Below, piece after piece: positions 39,325 to 49,302 of a stretch of DNA of 64,000 nt. The position numbers and the translations under genes were made by a program. Under the pieces are notes generated by a model. It was not told the origin of the DNA. It did not search any database and worked only from the letters and a program-made list of their open reading frames with translations. Position 1 is the first letter of the stretch; each line of letters starts with the position of its first letter. Source of the stretch: Thermoproteota archaeon (GTDB lineage Archaea > Korarchaeota > Korarchaeia > Korarchaeales > Korarchaeaceae); the NCBI GenBank assembly GCA_026986575.1, contig JALSOH010000004.1, forward strand, positions 768,001-832,000. Direction: 5' to 3'.

Positions 39325-39446
39325 TATTTGTGATCTAATCTATGGTCACCAGTTGGCCGAATCGCATGCCATCTAGATTATTGGAATCTTTGGGTTGGGA
39401 TGAAAAAGGAAATATTAAACACGTAAGAGATGTCCTCTGATGGAGA

Positions 39447-40403
39447 ATGGATCTAAAGGCAGTTAAATCTCTACTGGAGGAGAATGCTACGAGGACTTGG
39501 AACCCTCTGGGAGTGAGGGAATCCTACTGTAGTAAATGGGCCGAGGGACTGAATCTACCTAAAAAGGGAGATACTCTACTATACACTGGATGCCTCTATC
39601 AGATGATCCCCTATATCCAAACGTTCTCGGGCCTACTCAAGAGGCTCGAGGGGTTGGGTCCCTTCATATCCAATCTAGCGCTGACTATGGGAAGGCTCCT
39701 CAACTCTTTAGGGGTAAACATCACCTCAATAATGGGAATAGTCACATCCAGGGGAGAGAGGGAGAGGTATTTCTCCATCCTAAGGAGGATAGCAAATGCC
39801 CTAAAGACTGCTGGAGTTGACTTCGCCTATATGAAGGAGGAACCCTATAATGGAGTCCTCTATCACGATCTAGGGATGGACGAACTATTCAGGGAGCATG
39901 TCGTTAGATTGGCCAAGAAGATAAGGGAGACAGGTGCGAAGAAGGTGATCACGGTAGATCCCCATACCACCTACATGCTGAACTACCTGATCAAGGAGTT
40001 CGTGGATGACTTCGATGTCGAGGTTGTCCACTACATGGATGTACTGTTGGAGAGGGGATACACCCCGAAGGTCAGGGGGCCCAAGGAAGTGGTGATACAC
40101 GACCCCTGCTACTTGGCTAGGTGGAACGGAGTGATAGATCAGCCCCGCGCCCTGCTTACCAAGGCTGGTGTCAGGGTGAGGGAGCCGGAATTCTCGAGGA
40201 AGTTCACGGGCTGTTGTGGTGGTCCAATAGAATCCCTCTTCCCCTCACTGTCATCGAAGCTGGCTAGGAAGAGAATGGAGGAACTGAAGGCGAGCGGATC
40301 CCCCTGTTTCACTGTAATGTGCCCGATATGCCTCACCAACTTCCAGAGGGAGGCTAGGGAACTCGGGGTGAGGGTTTTCGATATCATGGAGGTGATCGAA
40401 TGA
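39447..40403 (+). CDS. CCG-domain Fe-S protein (HdrB/GlpC/LutA-like)
   Basis: YTGCLYQ, VDPHT, HDPCYLAR, GCCGG, MCPIC. Confidence 0.88.
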   Translation: MDLKAVKSLLEENATRTWNPLGVRESYCSKWAEGLNLPKKGDTLLYTGCLYQMIPYIQTFSGLLKRLEGLGPFISNLALTMGRLLNSLGVNITSIMGIVTSRGERERYFSILRRIANALKTAGVDFAYMKEEPYNGVLYHDLGMDELFREHVVRLAKKIRETGAKKVITVDPHTTYMLNYLIKEFVDDFDVEVVHYMDVLLERGYTPKVRGPKEVVIHDPCYLARWNGVIDQPRALLTKAGVRVREPEFSRKFTGCCGGPIESLFPSLSSKLARKRMEELKASGSPCFTVMCPICLTNFQREARELGVRVFDIMEVIE

Positions 40404-41578
40404 CCGACCTGACGGAGGTTAGCCAGCTGCTCAACAAGGTATCCGAGGATCCTGTCCTGAGGACGGCCTTGGATAGGGCCATAGCCTCTTACTGGAACAA
40501 AAGGAAGCAGGTTATGGAGAGGTATTCGTACATAAAGGAGCTCGCCGATGAGGTGAGGAGGATAAAGGAGTGGTCCATCGATCACATGGAGGAGCTGCTC
40601 GGTAGAGCCATAGAGGCCGTGGAGGCCAAGGGCGGGAGGGCTTACGTCGCCGAGACGGCTGAGGAGGCCCGGAAGATAATAGGAAAGCTGGTGGGAACCG
40701 GCAAGGTGGTGACCAAGGCCAAGAGTATGACCACGGAGGAGCTTAAACTTAGAGAGTTCCTGATTGAGAGGGGTAATGAGGTCTACGAGACCGATCTAGG
40801 AGAGTTCCTAGTTCAGTTCCTAGGTCCCAAGCCGATGCACTTCATATCCCCCTCGATCCACCTGACGAGGGAAAAGGTGGCGGAGTTCCTCAAGGACTTC
40901 ATGGGGGTCGAGGTGGATAAGGACGATGTGGAGGGGATGGTCGCCCTCGTCAGGAAGTTCCTCAGGGATAAGTACTTCAGCGCTGACGTGGGAATAAGCG
41001 GGGCCAATGCCTTCGCCGCCGACGAGGGAGCGGTCTTCCTCATAGAGAACGAGTCGAACATCAGGTTGTCCATCTCCCTACCTCCCAAGTACATCGCTGT
41101 TGTGGGTATGGAGAAGGTGGTGCCCACGATGAGCGATGCTTGGAAGGTAGTGGAGGTGATAAGCAGGTACGGCGGCTACAAGGTAACCTCATACATCAAC
41201 ACCGTGATGGGGCCCGCTAGGAGGGGGAGAGGGGATATCGGCCCCGAGGAATACCATGTCATATTCCTAGATAATGGGAGGAGGGAGGCATCTAAGGATC
41301 CCATATTGAAGCAGACCCTCTACTGCCTCAGGTGCGGGGCCTGCCAGTATCTCTGCCCCGTCTTCGGTGTGGTGGGTGGTTACTGGGCTGGACTCGAGTC
41401 GGCCTACTCCGGCGGGATAGGTGTAATGTGGGAGTACGTGACTGGAGACAAGGAGACCGCGACGCAGCACGCGTTCGTCTGCCTCCTCTGTGGGAGGTGC
41501 ATAGAAGCCTGCCCCATGAGGATAAACCAGCCTGAAGTCCTGAGGGAAATAAGAAGGAGGCTCATGGAGAAGATTTGA
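40400..41578 (+). CDS. LUD domain + 2x[4Fe-4S] protein (LutB/LldF-like)
   Basis: KAKSMTTEE, ETDLGEF, GISGANA, ENESN, DNGR, CLRCGACQYLCP, CLLCGRCIEACP. Confidence 0.92.
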   Translation: MTDLTEVSQLLNKVSEDPVLRTALDRAIASYWNKRKQVMERYSYIKELADEVRRIKEWSIDHMEELLGRAIEAVEAKGGRAYVAETAEEARKIIGKLVGTGKVVTKAKSMTTEELKLREFLIERGNEVYETDLGEFLVQFLGPKPMHFISPSIHLTREKVAEFLKDFMGVEVDKDDVEGMVALVRKFLRDKYFSADVGISGANAFAADEGAVFLIENESNIRLSISLPPKYIAVVGMEKVVPTMSDAWKVVEVISRYGGYKVTSYINTVMGPARRGRGDIGPEEYHVIFLDNGRREASKDPILKQTLYCLRCGACQYLCPVFGVVGGYWAGLESAYSGGIGVMWEYVTGDKETATQHAFVCLLCGRCIEACPMRINQPEVLREIRRRLMEKI

Positions 41579-41603
41579 GGATTCATTTGCACCTCCCATC
41601 TTT

Positions 41604-42653
41604 TCATAAGAGTGGGCAGCTACCTTCTCCACTCACCTCGCCGCGAACCTCCCCATCCAGCCCAACTATTTCCCTCCAGAGTCTCCAAGTGTCGAAGCAG
41701 GGTAGTTTCGACACCCTGATGCAGCTGAGAGCGACCCTCATCTTACTGTCGAGGGCTGCCGACCTGCCGTCGTCGAGTAATATCACATGGAACTCCCTAG
41801 GGCCGTGGGCCCCATATGTCACCCTTTTTTCTATATCTCCCGTCTTGCTCGGACCCGCGACTATTCCAAGGAATGAGAAGTCCATCTTTCCGAACCTAGA
41901 GGCAAACTCAGTGACTAAGAAGGCATCCATATATTTGCTGACCACCTCCTCAATACCCGCCACTATGATGTGAATCTCCGGAGTCATGGTTACTAGCCTG
42001 TCGATGCCGCTATCGGGGAGGAAAGTCATCGCACCGGGATCGGCGGCCACGGCCCTGACCCCAGTTATCCCCACATCGGCTTTATAGAGGGCTTCCCTGT
42101 AGAGGGCCTCCAAGCCACCCAGAACATCTCCTTCCCCTATTCCAATCCCCATATCTTTGAGGAACCTCCTGACGGAATCGCCATCCAAATTCAAATGGGC
42201 TAGAGCGGGAGGTACCGCTGTGTCGAGCACATCATTCAATTCCCTGAGCCTCTCGCCCAGCTTGGATTCCTCGACGGCCCAGCTGAATGATTTGATGACG
42301 GTCTTACCCTCGCCCACTATATCACCAACTATTCTAGCGACCTCGTCGCCATTAGACGCCCTGTAACAGTGACCCTTGTTCTCCTCTATGTTCTCACAGG
42401 CCTCTTCAAGCAGAGAGCCATCTCTCAGTAGATCTAAGGCCCTCTCCCTTATCTTTCTGACCTCCTCCAGCATCTCCTGATCCACTTCACCGTAGCAGCA
42501 GGCCATTCTCCTGACGATGAAATCTGCCAGAGGGCCCCTAGCCCGGCCAGTGAGGGACAGGTCTATAAGATCCAAGTTAGACCTAGGTCGTTCTCCATCA
42601 AGTGCTCCGCTCAATCTAGCCAAGTCGTACAGCATTAATGAGATGCCCATCAC
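41604..42653 (-). CDS. Degenerate LUD-domain protein
   Basis: ADVGITG, HIIVAGIEEVV, GPSKTGDIEK...GAHGP, LDDGR; ferredoxin motif eroded. Confidence 0.85.
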   Translation of the reverse strand: MMGISLMLYDLARLSGALDGERPRSNLDLIDLSLTGRARGPLADFIVRRMACCYGEVDQEMLEEVRKIRERALDLLRDGSLLEEACENIEENKGHCYRASNGDEVARIVGDIVGEGKTVIKSFSWAVEESKLGERLRELNDVLDTAVPPALAHLNLDGDSVRRFLKDMGIGIGEGDVLGGLEALYREALYKADVGITGVRAVAADPGAMTFLPDSGIDRLVTMTPEIHIIVAGIEEVVSKYMDAFLVTEFASRFGKMDFSFLGIVAGPSKTGDIEKRVTYGAHGPREFHVILLDDGRSAALDSKMRVALSCIRVSKLPCFDTWRLWREIVGLDGEVRGEVSGEGSCPLL

Positions 42654-42841
42654 CCCCGACCCCCCCGGTCCATAAAAGATAGATTTTTCGAATCACCCAA
42701 CTCCTTGGGGAGAAGACAAGGCGTTCCACGGGTTGCCAAGGCATGCCAAGACATGAGCACCGGACCCGCGCTGTGAAAGGTTTCACGCTGTTCGTACCAT
42801 TTCAATACGCTTAAAGTCCAGTGACAGTCCATCCACCGTGT

Positions 42842-45055
42842 ATGACCTCGAGATTACGGAAATTTCTCATTACAATAGTTCTGGCTGCAGTGATCTTCTT
42901 GATCGTGGGATCTCCGAAGAGCCCGACGCCTCCCTCCCCCTCAGCAACCTCTAAAGGTAATACATCCGCACATCCACTGACCACGGGTTGGATGATGGGT
43001 AATTGGAAGCTTGGATCGATACCCAGCTCAGGGAAGTTCCCTAGAGCAGGAAAGATGGAGCTGGTATGGGAACCCGCCAACTGGAGTGGTCCTCCAAAGG
43101 GGAGAGACGATCTCATAAATCCACAGATAATAGATGAACTGGGAGTCAATGAGAAGATCCTCTTCGACAGGGGATTCGCCCTGATTAAATGGGGCGAGAC
43201 TGGAGATTTTTCCATCGCCTACTCTAGGCTCAAGAGGTTCCCCATCTATGTGACGGTGGACACCTTCCTCCACGCCTATCACGTGCAGTTCGATTCAATA
43301 CTGGCTGAGATAGAGGAGGACTACCTCTTCGACGATCTCTTGAACCTAACCAACCGGATGCTGGAGCATAGCAGCACGGACGTACTGAAGGTCGGAGATC
43401 CGGCTCTCATGAACTTAGCCTACTTTTCTGTCGGCAGGAAGCTCTTGGATCCGGACTTCAATCCACCGGAGGAGGTGGCTAACTTAGTGGAGGAGGAGTT
43501 GGGTCTCATCAAAAGGGGGAAAATAGGGATGAGCCCAATTTTCGGATACAGGGAGGATTACAGTCAATACAGGCCTAGAGGACACTACACCAGATCGGAG
43601 AAGCTGAAGAGGTACTTCAGGGCTATGATGTGGTATGGGAGGATGGCATTCCTCCTCAGGAAGGGGTTGGTTGATGAAGAACGATCCAGAGAGCTGACAG
43701 TTCGCGCATCACTAATCGCCGCTGACCTCTCTTCAGATAGAAAAGATTCCGATATCTGGAGCAGGATCTACACAGTTACCTCTTTTTTCGTGGGGCTCGC
43801 GGATGATTATACCCCTTACGATTACTTGGAGGCGCTCAAGTCATTGTTCGACGGTACCCTCACCTTGGAACAGCTGAACTCCCTCAGAGAGGACGGACCC
43901 ATCGGGAAACTCAGGGAAGAGCTGATGAAGAGAGGGAAACCGAGGATATACGGAGGGACTGGAGTCTGCGAGGTGAGGCCCCCCATAACAGAGGAGATGC
44001 TGGAGAAATGCTTGGCTAGATCGGCGGGCATGAGATTCATGGGGAGGAGATTCGTGCCCGACTCTTACGCCTTCCAGAGGCTGGTAGCTCCGTCAGTGGG
44101 CCTCTATACTGGCCGGGATAAGCCCTTCACCTTGGTGATAACACAGATCGGCCCAGCGAGGGGTTTCCCACGTGGACTGGATTGGTTAGCTGTTATGGGG
44201 AGTGATAGGGCCTTAGAGATAGTGAAGGAGGAGGGAGATGCGAGCTACGATGGGTACGAGGAAAGGTTGAAGGAGCTCAGGGAGGAGTTCTCCTCCGTCG
44301 ACTGGTCTAGGAATCTCTACTGGTCGTGGTTGGACACTCTCCGACTTCTAATCGAGGAGAGGGGTGAGGGATATCCACCGTACATGAGGTCCAAGGCTTG
44401 GTTGGACAGGCAGCTGCAAACAGCACTGGCATCGTGGGCTGAGCTGAGGCATGACACCATACTCTACGCCAAGCAGAGCTACACGCCGAAGCTCACTGCA
44501 GCGCCTCCTCCTGCCGAACTTGGCGCAGTGGAGCCGCTTCCCCATGTATACGGGAGGCTCGAGTCCTTGGTCAATCAGACGATAGAAGGCCTCGAGGAGA
44601 TGGGCTATCTGAGCCAAGAAGCGAGGATCAGACTTGAGATCCTCGCGCAGGCGCTCAAGACTGCTAGGGAAATTTCGATGAAGGAACTAAGTGGAGAACC
44701 GCTGAACGCGAGCGACCTCTACTTCATAGGGAATTTTGCGGATGTGATGGACTCCATCATGATGGGACTGGATGAGAGGGCAAAGAGTACGGTGCTCGTG
44801 GCTGATGTGCACACCGATCTGAACAGCGGTGAGGTGTTGGAGGAGGCTGTGGGCAAACTGGACCTGATAGTCGTCGCTTTCCCAACCCCGAACGGGACGG
44901 CTTTGATGGTGGGACCGATCCTCTCCTACTACGAGTTCAGGCACCCCATGACCGACAGGCTCACCGACGAGAAGTGGTCGGAGATGCTAGATAACCCGCC
45001 CAAGCAATTCCCTTGGCAAGAGAGGCTGTATCATGGGAGACCTGCCCTACCTTAG
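42842..45055 (+). CDS. DUF3160 family secreted/anchored protein
   Basis: N-terminal TM; DYSQYRPRGHYT, YFRAMMWYGR, LASWAELRHDTILYAKQSY, VADVHT, SYYEF. Confidence 0.9.
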   Translation: MTSRLRKFLITIVLAAVIFLIVGSPKSPTPPSPSATSKGNTSAHPLTTGWMMGNWKLGSIPSSGKFPRAGKMELVWEPANWSGPPKGRDDLINPQIIDELGVNEKILFDRGFALIKWGETGDFSIAYSRLKRFPIYVTVDTFLHAYHVQFDSILAEIEEDYLFDDLLNLTNRMLEHSSTDVLKVGDPALMNLAYFSVGRKLLDPDFNPPEEVANLVEEELGLIKRGKIGMSPIFGYREDYSQYRPRGHYTRSEKLKRYFRAMMWYGRMAFLLRKGLVDEERSRELTVRASLIAADLSSDRKDSDIWSRIYTVTSFFVGLADDYTPYDYLEALKSLFDGTLTLEQLNSLREDGPIGKLREELMKRGKPRIYGGTGVCEVRPPITEEMLEKCLARSAGMRFMGRRFVPDSYAFQRLVAPSVGLYTGRDKPFTLVITQIGPARGFPRGLDWLAVMGSDRALEIVKEEGDASYDGYEERLKELREEFSSVDWSRNLYWSWLDTLRLLIEERGEGYPPYMRSKAWLDRQLQTALASWAELRHDTILYAKQSYTPKLTAAPPPAELGAVEPLPHVYGRLESLVNQTIEGLEEMGYLSQEARIRLEILAQALKTAREISMKELSGEPLNASDLYFIGNFADVMDSIMMGLDERAKSTVLVADVHTDLNSGEVLEEAVGKLDLIVVAFPTPNGTALMVGPILSYYEFRHPMTDRLTDEKWSEMLDNPPKQFPWQERLYHGRPALP

Positions 45056-45109
45056 GCTCCTACCTTGTCAACCTGTAGTGGATAAATTAATCGCCGAGGT
45101 GGTCACAAG

Positions 45110-45907
45110 GTGAGCAACTTGGTCAGGGAGGCCAAGAGAGAGGATCGCCCCCATGTGGAGGAGATAGCGAGGCTCACGTGGGAGGGTCACGATTACCTAC
45201 CTCGGGTTTTCGACTCGTGGCTCGAGGACGGCCATTTCTACGTGATCGAGGAGGACGGCAAGGTCGTGGCCACTGCCAAGCTAACCCTGCTCCCTTGCGG
45301 CGTGGGGTGGATGGAGGGCCTCAGGGTTCACCCGTCTTACAGGGGAAGGGGGCTTGCTAGAGCCCTTCACGAGTTCCTGATATCGGTAGGAAGGGAGATG
45401 TCCTCCAGAGGAGAACTTAGAAGCCTCATGTACGCCACTTACGTGAAGAACGAGGCGAGCATACATCTGGGAGAGGTTACCGGCTTCAGGGTGGTTAAGA
45501 GGTTCTATCACCTCTCCAAGGAGCCCGAGAGACCGGGAGTCGAGATAAGGGAGGTGGAGCCCAGACTACCTCAGCTGTACCTAGTGCCCGTTGGCTGGAG
45601 GTTCGTGAGGAGGTGCGGTGACACGCTGGACTGGTTGAAGGAACGCGTTAGGGCTTACGAGGACGGCTCCGGGTTCTTCGTACCTAAGGAGCCCACCACG
45701 TCCTTCACGCCCTTCGATTACGGTGAAGTGATCGAGGCATTGAAGGGTATGGAGGAGCTGGCATCGCGGGAGCGGAGGAAGGTCAACATAATGGTCCCTG
45801 AGGAGAGGTCTGAGGTAGTTAGCAAGCTAAGAGAGGCCGGATTCTCGCAATGGGAGCTTGAGGAACCGGATATACTCGTCTTTGAGCTGGATCTCCTGAT
45901 GACATGA
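45110..45907 (+). CDS. GNAT acetyltransferase
   Basis: WEGHDYL, WMEGLRVHPSYRGRGLA, NEASIHL. Confidence 0.9.
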   Translation: MSNLVREAKREDRPHVEEIARLTWEGHDYLPRVFDSWLEDGHFYVIEEDGKVVATAKLTLLPCGVGWMEGLRVHPSYRGRGLARALHEFLISVGREMSSRGELRSLMYATYVKNEASIHLGEVTGFRVVKRFYHLSKEPERPGVEIREVEPRLPQLYLVPVGWRFVRRCGDTLDWLKERVRAYEDGSGFFVPKEPTTSFTPFDYGEVIEALKGMEELASRERRKVNIMVPEERSEVVSKLREAGFSQWELEEPDILVFELDLLMT

Positions 45908-46146
45908 GGGGAAACCTCTCAGCGATACTGGAGCCGTCTTATAAATGTAAAATCTATATTACCGAGATCTGAGGAAGATTAGGATTATGTTAAAGGATAG
46001 TACAGAGAACGAAGCCAGCGCAACTATTATATGAACTAATATTTAGGGAGAACAGTTCACTACGGTACGGATGCCAACTCTTCGAACGGAGAGTACTACA
46101 TAGCTGAGGATGCTCTTAAGGATGTGACGCAGGGGGATCCGAATTC

Positions 46147-46677
46147 CTACTTTATCCCTAGCCTCTCCTTTATTAGAGCCACATCCCTCTCTAAAGTCGC
46201 CAACCTCTCATCTAAGATGGACTTCAGGTCCCTCCTCACTCCCTTAATCTCCTTCAGCGTCTCATCCTGCTTCTGGACCATGATTCCTTGATTCCGAATC
46301 ATCGTCTGCTGGTTCTGCTTGCTCTCCTCCCTAAAGGCCCTCAGCTCCTGTATCATGGCCAGCCCTACCTCGATCATCTTCCCAAGCTGGAGGGTCGTGA
46401 AGTAAGATCTGAACATCTCTATGTCCTTCACGGGACCCTCATAATCCTCGAAGGTTACTCTTTAGACTTGGGCCCCCTCAGAAGCTATTAACCTGACATC
46501 AGATTCGAAAGCCTTGACTGCCTCCTCATCTCCCTCGTACAGGGCCTCCACTACGTTCTTCCCAACGTTTCGAGCCTGGAAACCAGTCAGATCATGCTCA
46601 CTTGCCAGGTTGAGGAGGAACATGCGGTAGCCTATGTCTTGGACCCTCTCCCCCTCGATGATAAGCCTCCTCTTCAT
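46147..46677 (-). pseudogene. acyP: Acylphosphatase with coiled-coil extension, split by an in-frame TAA
   Basis: GERVQDIGYR...ARN; TAA at 46462-46464 is in frame with the downstream RVTFEDYEGPVKDIEMF. Confidence 0.8.
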
Positions 46678-47182
46678 CGATTTAGGTATCTACGGGAGCT
46701 TATTTAAGGGTTCCCAGTCGTTCGACATATTCAGGATGGTTAATGAAAGTTTTGGTGGGCAAGGGAGATGGGGCTAGGTAGGTGCGATGTCAGCTGCTGC
46801 TTAAGGCCGCCAAATGCCATCGTGCCGTTCCAATAGCATGATCCTCGATCAATCGCCTGCGTGAGCATGACGCACGCATGCTTAAATATCTAAACTAAGT
46901 TGATGAGGAATCTCGGGTCAGAATTCAAATATTTTTAAAATTAATGGGTTCAATAGTTGTATACGTGTCGTGACAACCTGTCTCCTAGCGAGGATTTCAA
47001 TGTCATCCCCCCGGACTCTATGCCACCGAGAACGTTACCCTAAAGACGATGAGAGTTGCGAGATCTGAGAGATAGGACCTATGAAACGGATTAAGACCTT
47101 AAATGGGGGCGGATAGTCCCCCCTCAGCTCACTAAGTGCACACACCAGCACTAATTCTAAGACTATGATCTCTGGGATAGCA

Positions 47183-48322
47183 TCACCTCACTAGATCAAT
47201 GCCTTGCTCCAGTTCCCTCAGTAGGTCGCTGAACCTCCTGAGTCCCTCCCTCAACTCCTCTCCACTCCCTCCGAAGCCGATTCTGAAATGCCCTTCCATC
47301 TCGAAGCAGCATCCTGGAACGATGAAGACGCCCTTCTCCCTGATGAGGCGCAGGGCCAGCTCCTCAGAGGGCACATTCAGGTGATAGCGGGGGAAGGCCA
47401 CGGTCCCGGCCCGAGGAGGAACCCAGTCCACCAAGAGTTCGGACTCGACCCACTCCCTCAGAACCTCGAAGTTCTCCCTCACTATACTCAGATTCCTCTC
47501 GTATATCCTCTCCACGTTCTCCAAGGCCAGAAGGGCTAGGTGCTCCAGCAGGATGCTGGCGCTTATGGTGGTGTAGTCCCTGTGCCCCAGTAGCTCCTCC
47601 ATGACCTCTTCCCTCTTTGTAGCTATCCATCCCAGCCTGAGGCCCGTGAGGGAAAGTGACTTGGAGAACGACCTGGTCACCACCGCCCTGTCGCATAGAT
47701 CGAGCATCGAAGGGACTCTCTCCCCAGAGATCTCCAGACCGTAGTAGGATTCGTCAGCCAGAACGTAGGCACCGGCCTCCTCCGCCAAATTGCAAATCTC
47801 CTCGAGCGCGCGCCCATCCAAGAGGGCCCCAGTAGGGTTGTGCGGGTTGTTCACTACCATCATCTTCGCACCCTTCCCCACCAGCCTGGAGAGCTCGTCT
47901 AGGTCGGGCAGCCACCCATCAGCTTCCCTGAGATGGAGCAGCCTCACCTCGGCGCCAAAGGTCTTAGGCAGGCTGTAAAGCTGCTGATAAGCTGGGAAGA
48001 TCGATACGACCCTGTCACCCGGCTCGATCAAGCTGAAGAAGACGAGGAAATTGGCATCTATGGCCCCTCTCGTGATCAGCACGCCCTCCGGAGGTAGGTC
48101 CCTGTAAAGCTTAGCCACCCTCTCCCTGAGCTCGGGCAGCCCCTCCACGTACCCATAGGTGAGGGGGAGGTCCTTCAACTCCTCGAGGTAGTCTTCCCTC
48201 CCCACGAGCCTGAGGAACTCCCCCAGCGTGAAGGGCTTCACGCATGTCTCCGCGAGGTTCAGCTCGACATCATGCTCGTACTTACCCATGAACCTCTCGA
48301 CCAGAAAGGGATCTACCTTCAT
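47183..48322 (-). CDS. Class I/II PLP aminotransferase
   Basis: NLAETC, YGYVEG, NNPHNPTG, DESY, SFSKSLSLTGLRLGW, FRIGFG. Confidence 0.93.
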   Translation of the reverse strand: MKVDPFLVERFMGKYEHDVELNLAETCVKPFTLGEFLRLVGREDYLEELKDLPLTYGYVEGLPELRERVAKLYRDLPPEGVLITRGAIDANFLVFFSLIEPGDRVVSIFPAYQQLYSLPKTFGAEVRLLHLREADGWLPDLDELSRLVGKGAKMMVVNNPHNPTGALLDGRALEEICNLAEEAGAYVLADESYYGLEISGERVPSMLDLCDRAVVTRSFSKSLSLTGLRLGWIATKREEVMEELLGHRDYTTISASILLEHLALLALENVERIYERNLSIVRENFEVLREWVESELLVDWVPPRAGTVAFPRYHLNVPSEELALRLIREKGVFIVPGCCFEMEGHFRIGFGGSGEELREGLRRFSDLLRELEQGIDLVR

Positions 48323-48405
48323 CCCGATGCTCGACGGGGGATGCTAAAAAAAGGCGCGCGAGCTATCCCCTACTGATGGATCCCACCCGCTGATGAGGAT
48401 CACGA

Positions 48406-48711
48406 TCAAGTGAGGAGCACACTGTCCAGTCCTTCTCGAGTGACACCTCATGGAGCCTCTGAGCCTCTCATCCGTCTGATTAATTCGCTCACGATTCCTT
48501 TGGCCTTCACCGGCTAGAAATTTAGTTCTATCTCCTTCTCATCATCTTTCTCATCTATCTAGCTCAAGATGTCTTCTATCTCAGTGTTAAGCTCCTCCCT
48601 TACGATCTCCCCAAGGAGCCTCGACGTCTAGATCCCTCTACTCTTCGCATGCGCCTTAAACCTCTCCCACAGCTCCCCATCTATATAGATGTCCGTCCTA
48701 ACCCTCTTCAT
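48406..48711 (-). pseudogene. Decayed VapBC pair: RHH antitoxin with three in-frame TAG codons plus a PIN C-terminal remnant
   Basis: MKRVRTDIYIDGELWERFKAHAKSRGI*TSRLL...ILS*ID...LNF*PVKAKGIVSELIRRMRG, then RLHEVSLE..GLDSVLLT* like a PIN C-terminus. Confidence 0.7.
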
Positions 48712-48825
48712 GAGTCCCGTTACCAAGTCGATCTTACCGAATTAAGTAGTTTAGGTTTGATCTCAGGCATCAGCCGGCATACCCGATCCCAACCTTGAGG
48801 CGGAGATATCGATCCTCCATTGAGA

Positions 48826-49248
48826 TCAAACCTCCCCGTGAGCCACGCTAACTATGAGAAGCTCCACGAATCCCTCCCCACGATGCCAGATGAAGGCCCT
48901 AACCCTCACCTTGGGCACCGACACTATAACGTAGAGGAAGCCGGGATGGGCCCTCTCCTCATCCATCCTTGAGGGAACAGCTTGGCCGAGGGGATGGCTG
49001 TGGTACGCACCGAGGATCTCAAGCCCCCTACTCTCAGCATCCATGAGGGCGTGATACATGTCGTCTGGATTTATCTCGTACCTAATAGGTGACTCCGCCG
49101 AGTTCCTCGTTGGATATGCTGCCCTAATGTTGAAAGACCCGTCACGGTCTCTCACACCAGCTAGGAGCCCGCATGCCTCGTTGGGGTACTCCCTGAGGGC
49201 ATGCTCGATCACGCGTCTCCTGACGCCCTCTGGTAGGAAGACCCGCAT
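48826..49248 (-). CDS. JAMM/MPN+ metalloprotease (desampylase/Mec-like)
   Basis: PNEACGLL, YHSHP...PSRMD. Confidence 0.92.
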   Translation of the reverse strand: MRVFLPEGVRRRVIEHALREYPNEACGLLAGVRDRDGSFNIRAAYPTRNSAESPIRYEINPDDMYHALMDAESRGLEILGAYHSHPLGQAVPSRMDEERAHPGFLYVIVSVPKVRVRAFIWHRGEGFVELLIVSVAHGEV

Positions 49249-49302
49249 CCCATCTCTTCCCCGCCGTCCAACTTTAATATCCCCTTAACGATCTTCCATC
49301 AC

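Noticed and set aside
46678-47182. Long intergenic region with small hairpins as an ncRNA or MITE
   Set aside because: No terminal inverted repeats, target duplication or recognisable RNA motif
48373-48413. Second C/D sRNA (TGATGG...CTGA-TGAGGA...GTGA)
   Set aside because: Boxes C and D are both imperfect, there is no good terminal stem, and it overlaps the PIN remnant
48448-48711. Genome-wide TAG recoding or pyrrolysine
   Set aside because: TAG ends normal full-length genes here (udg, sqr, metB, DUF3160), and no pyl genes are in the window
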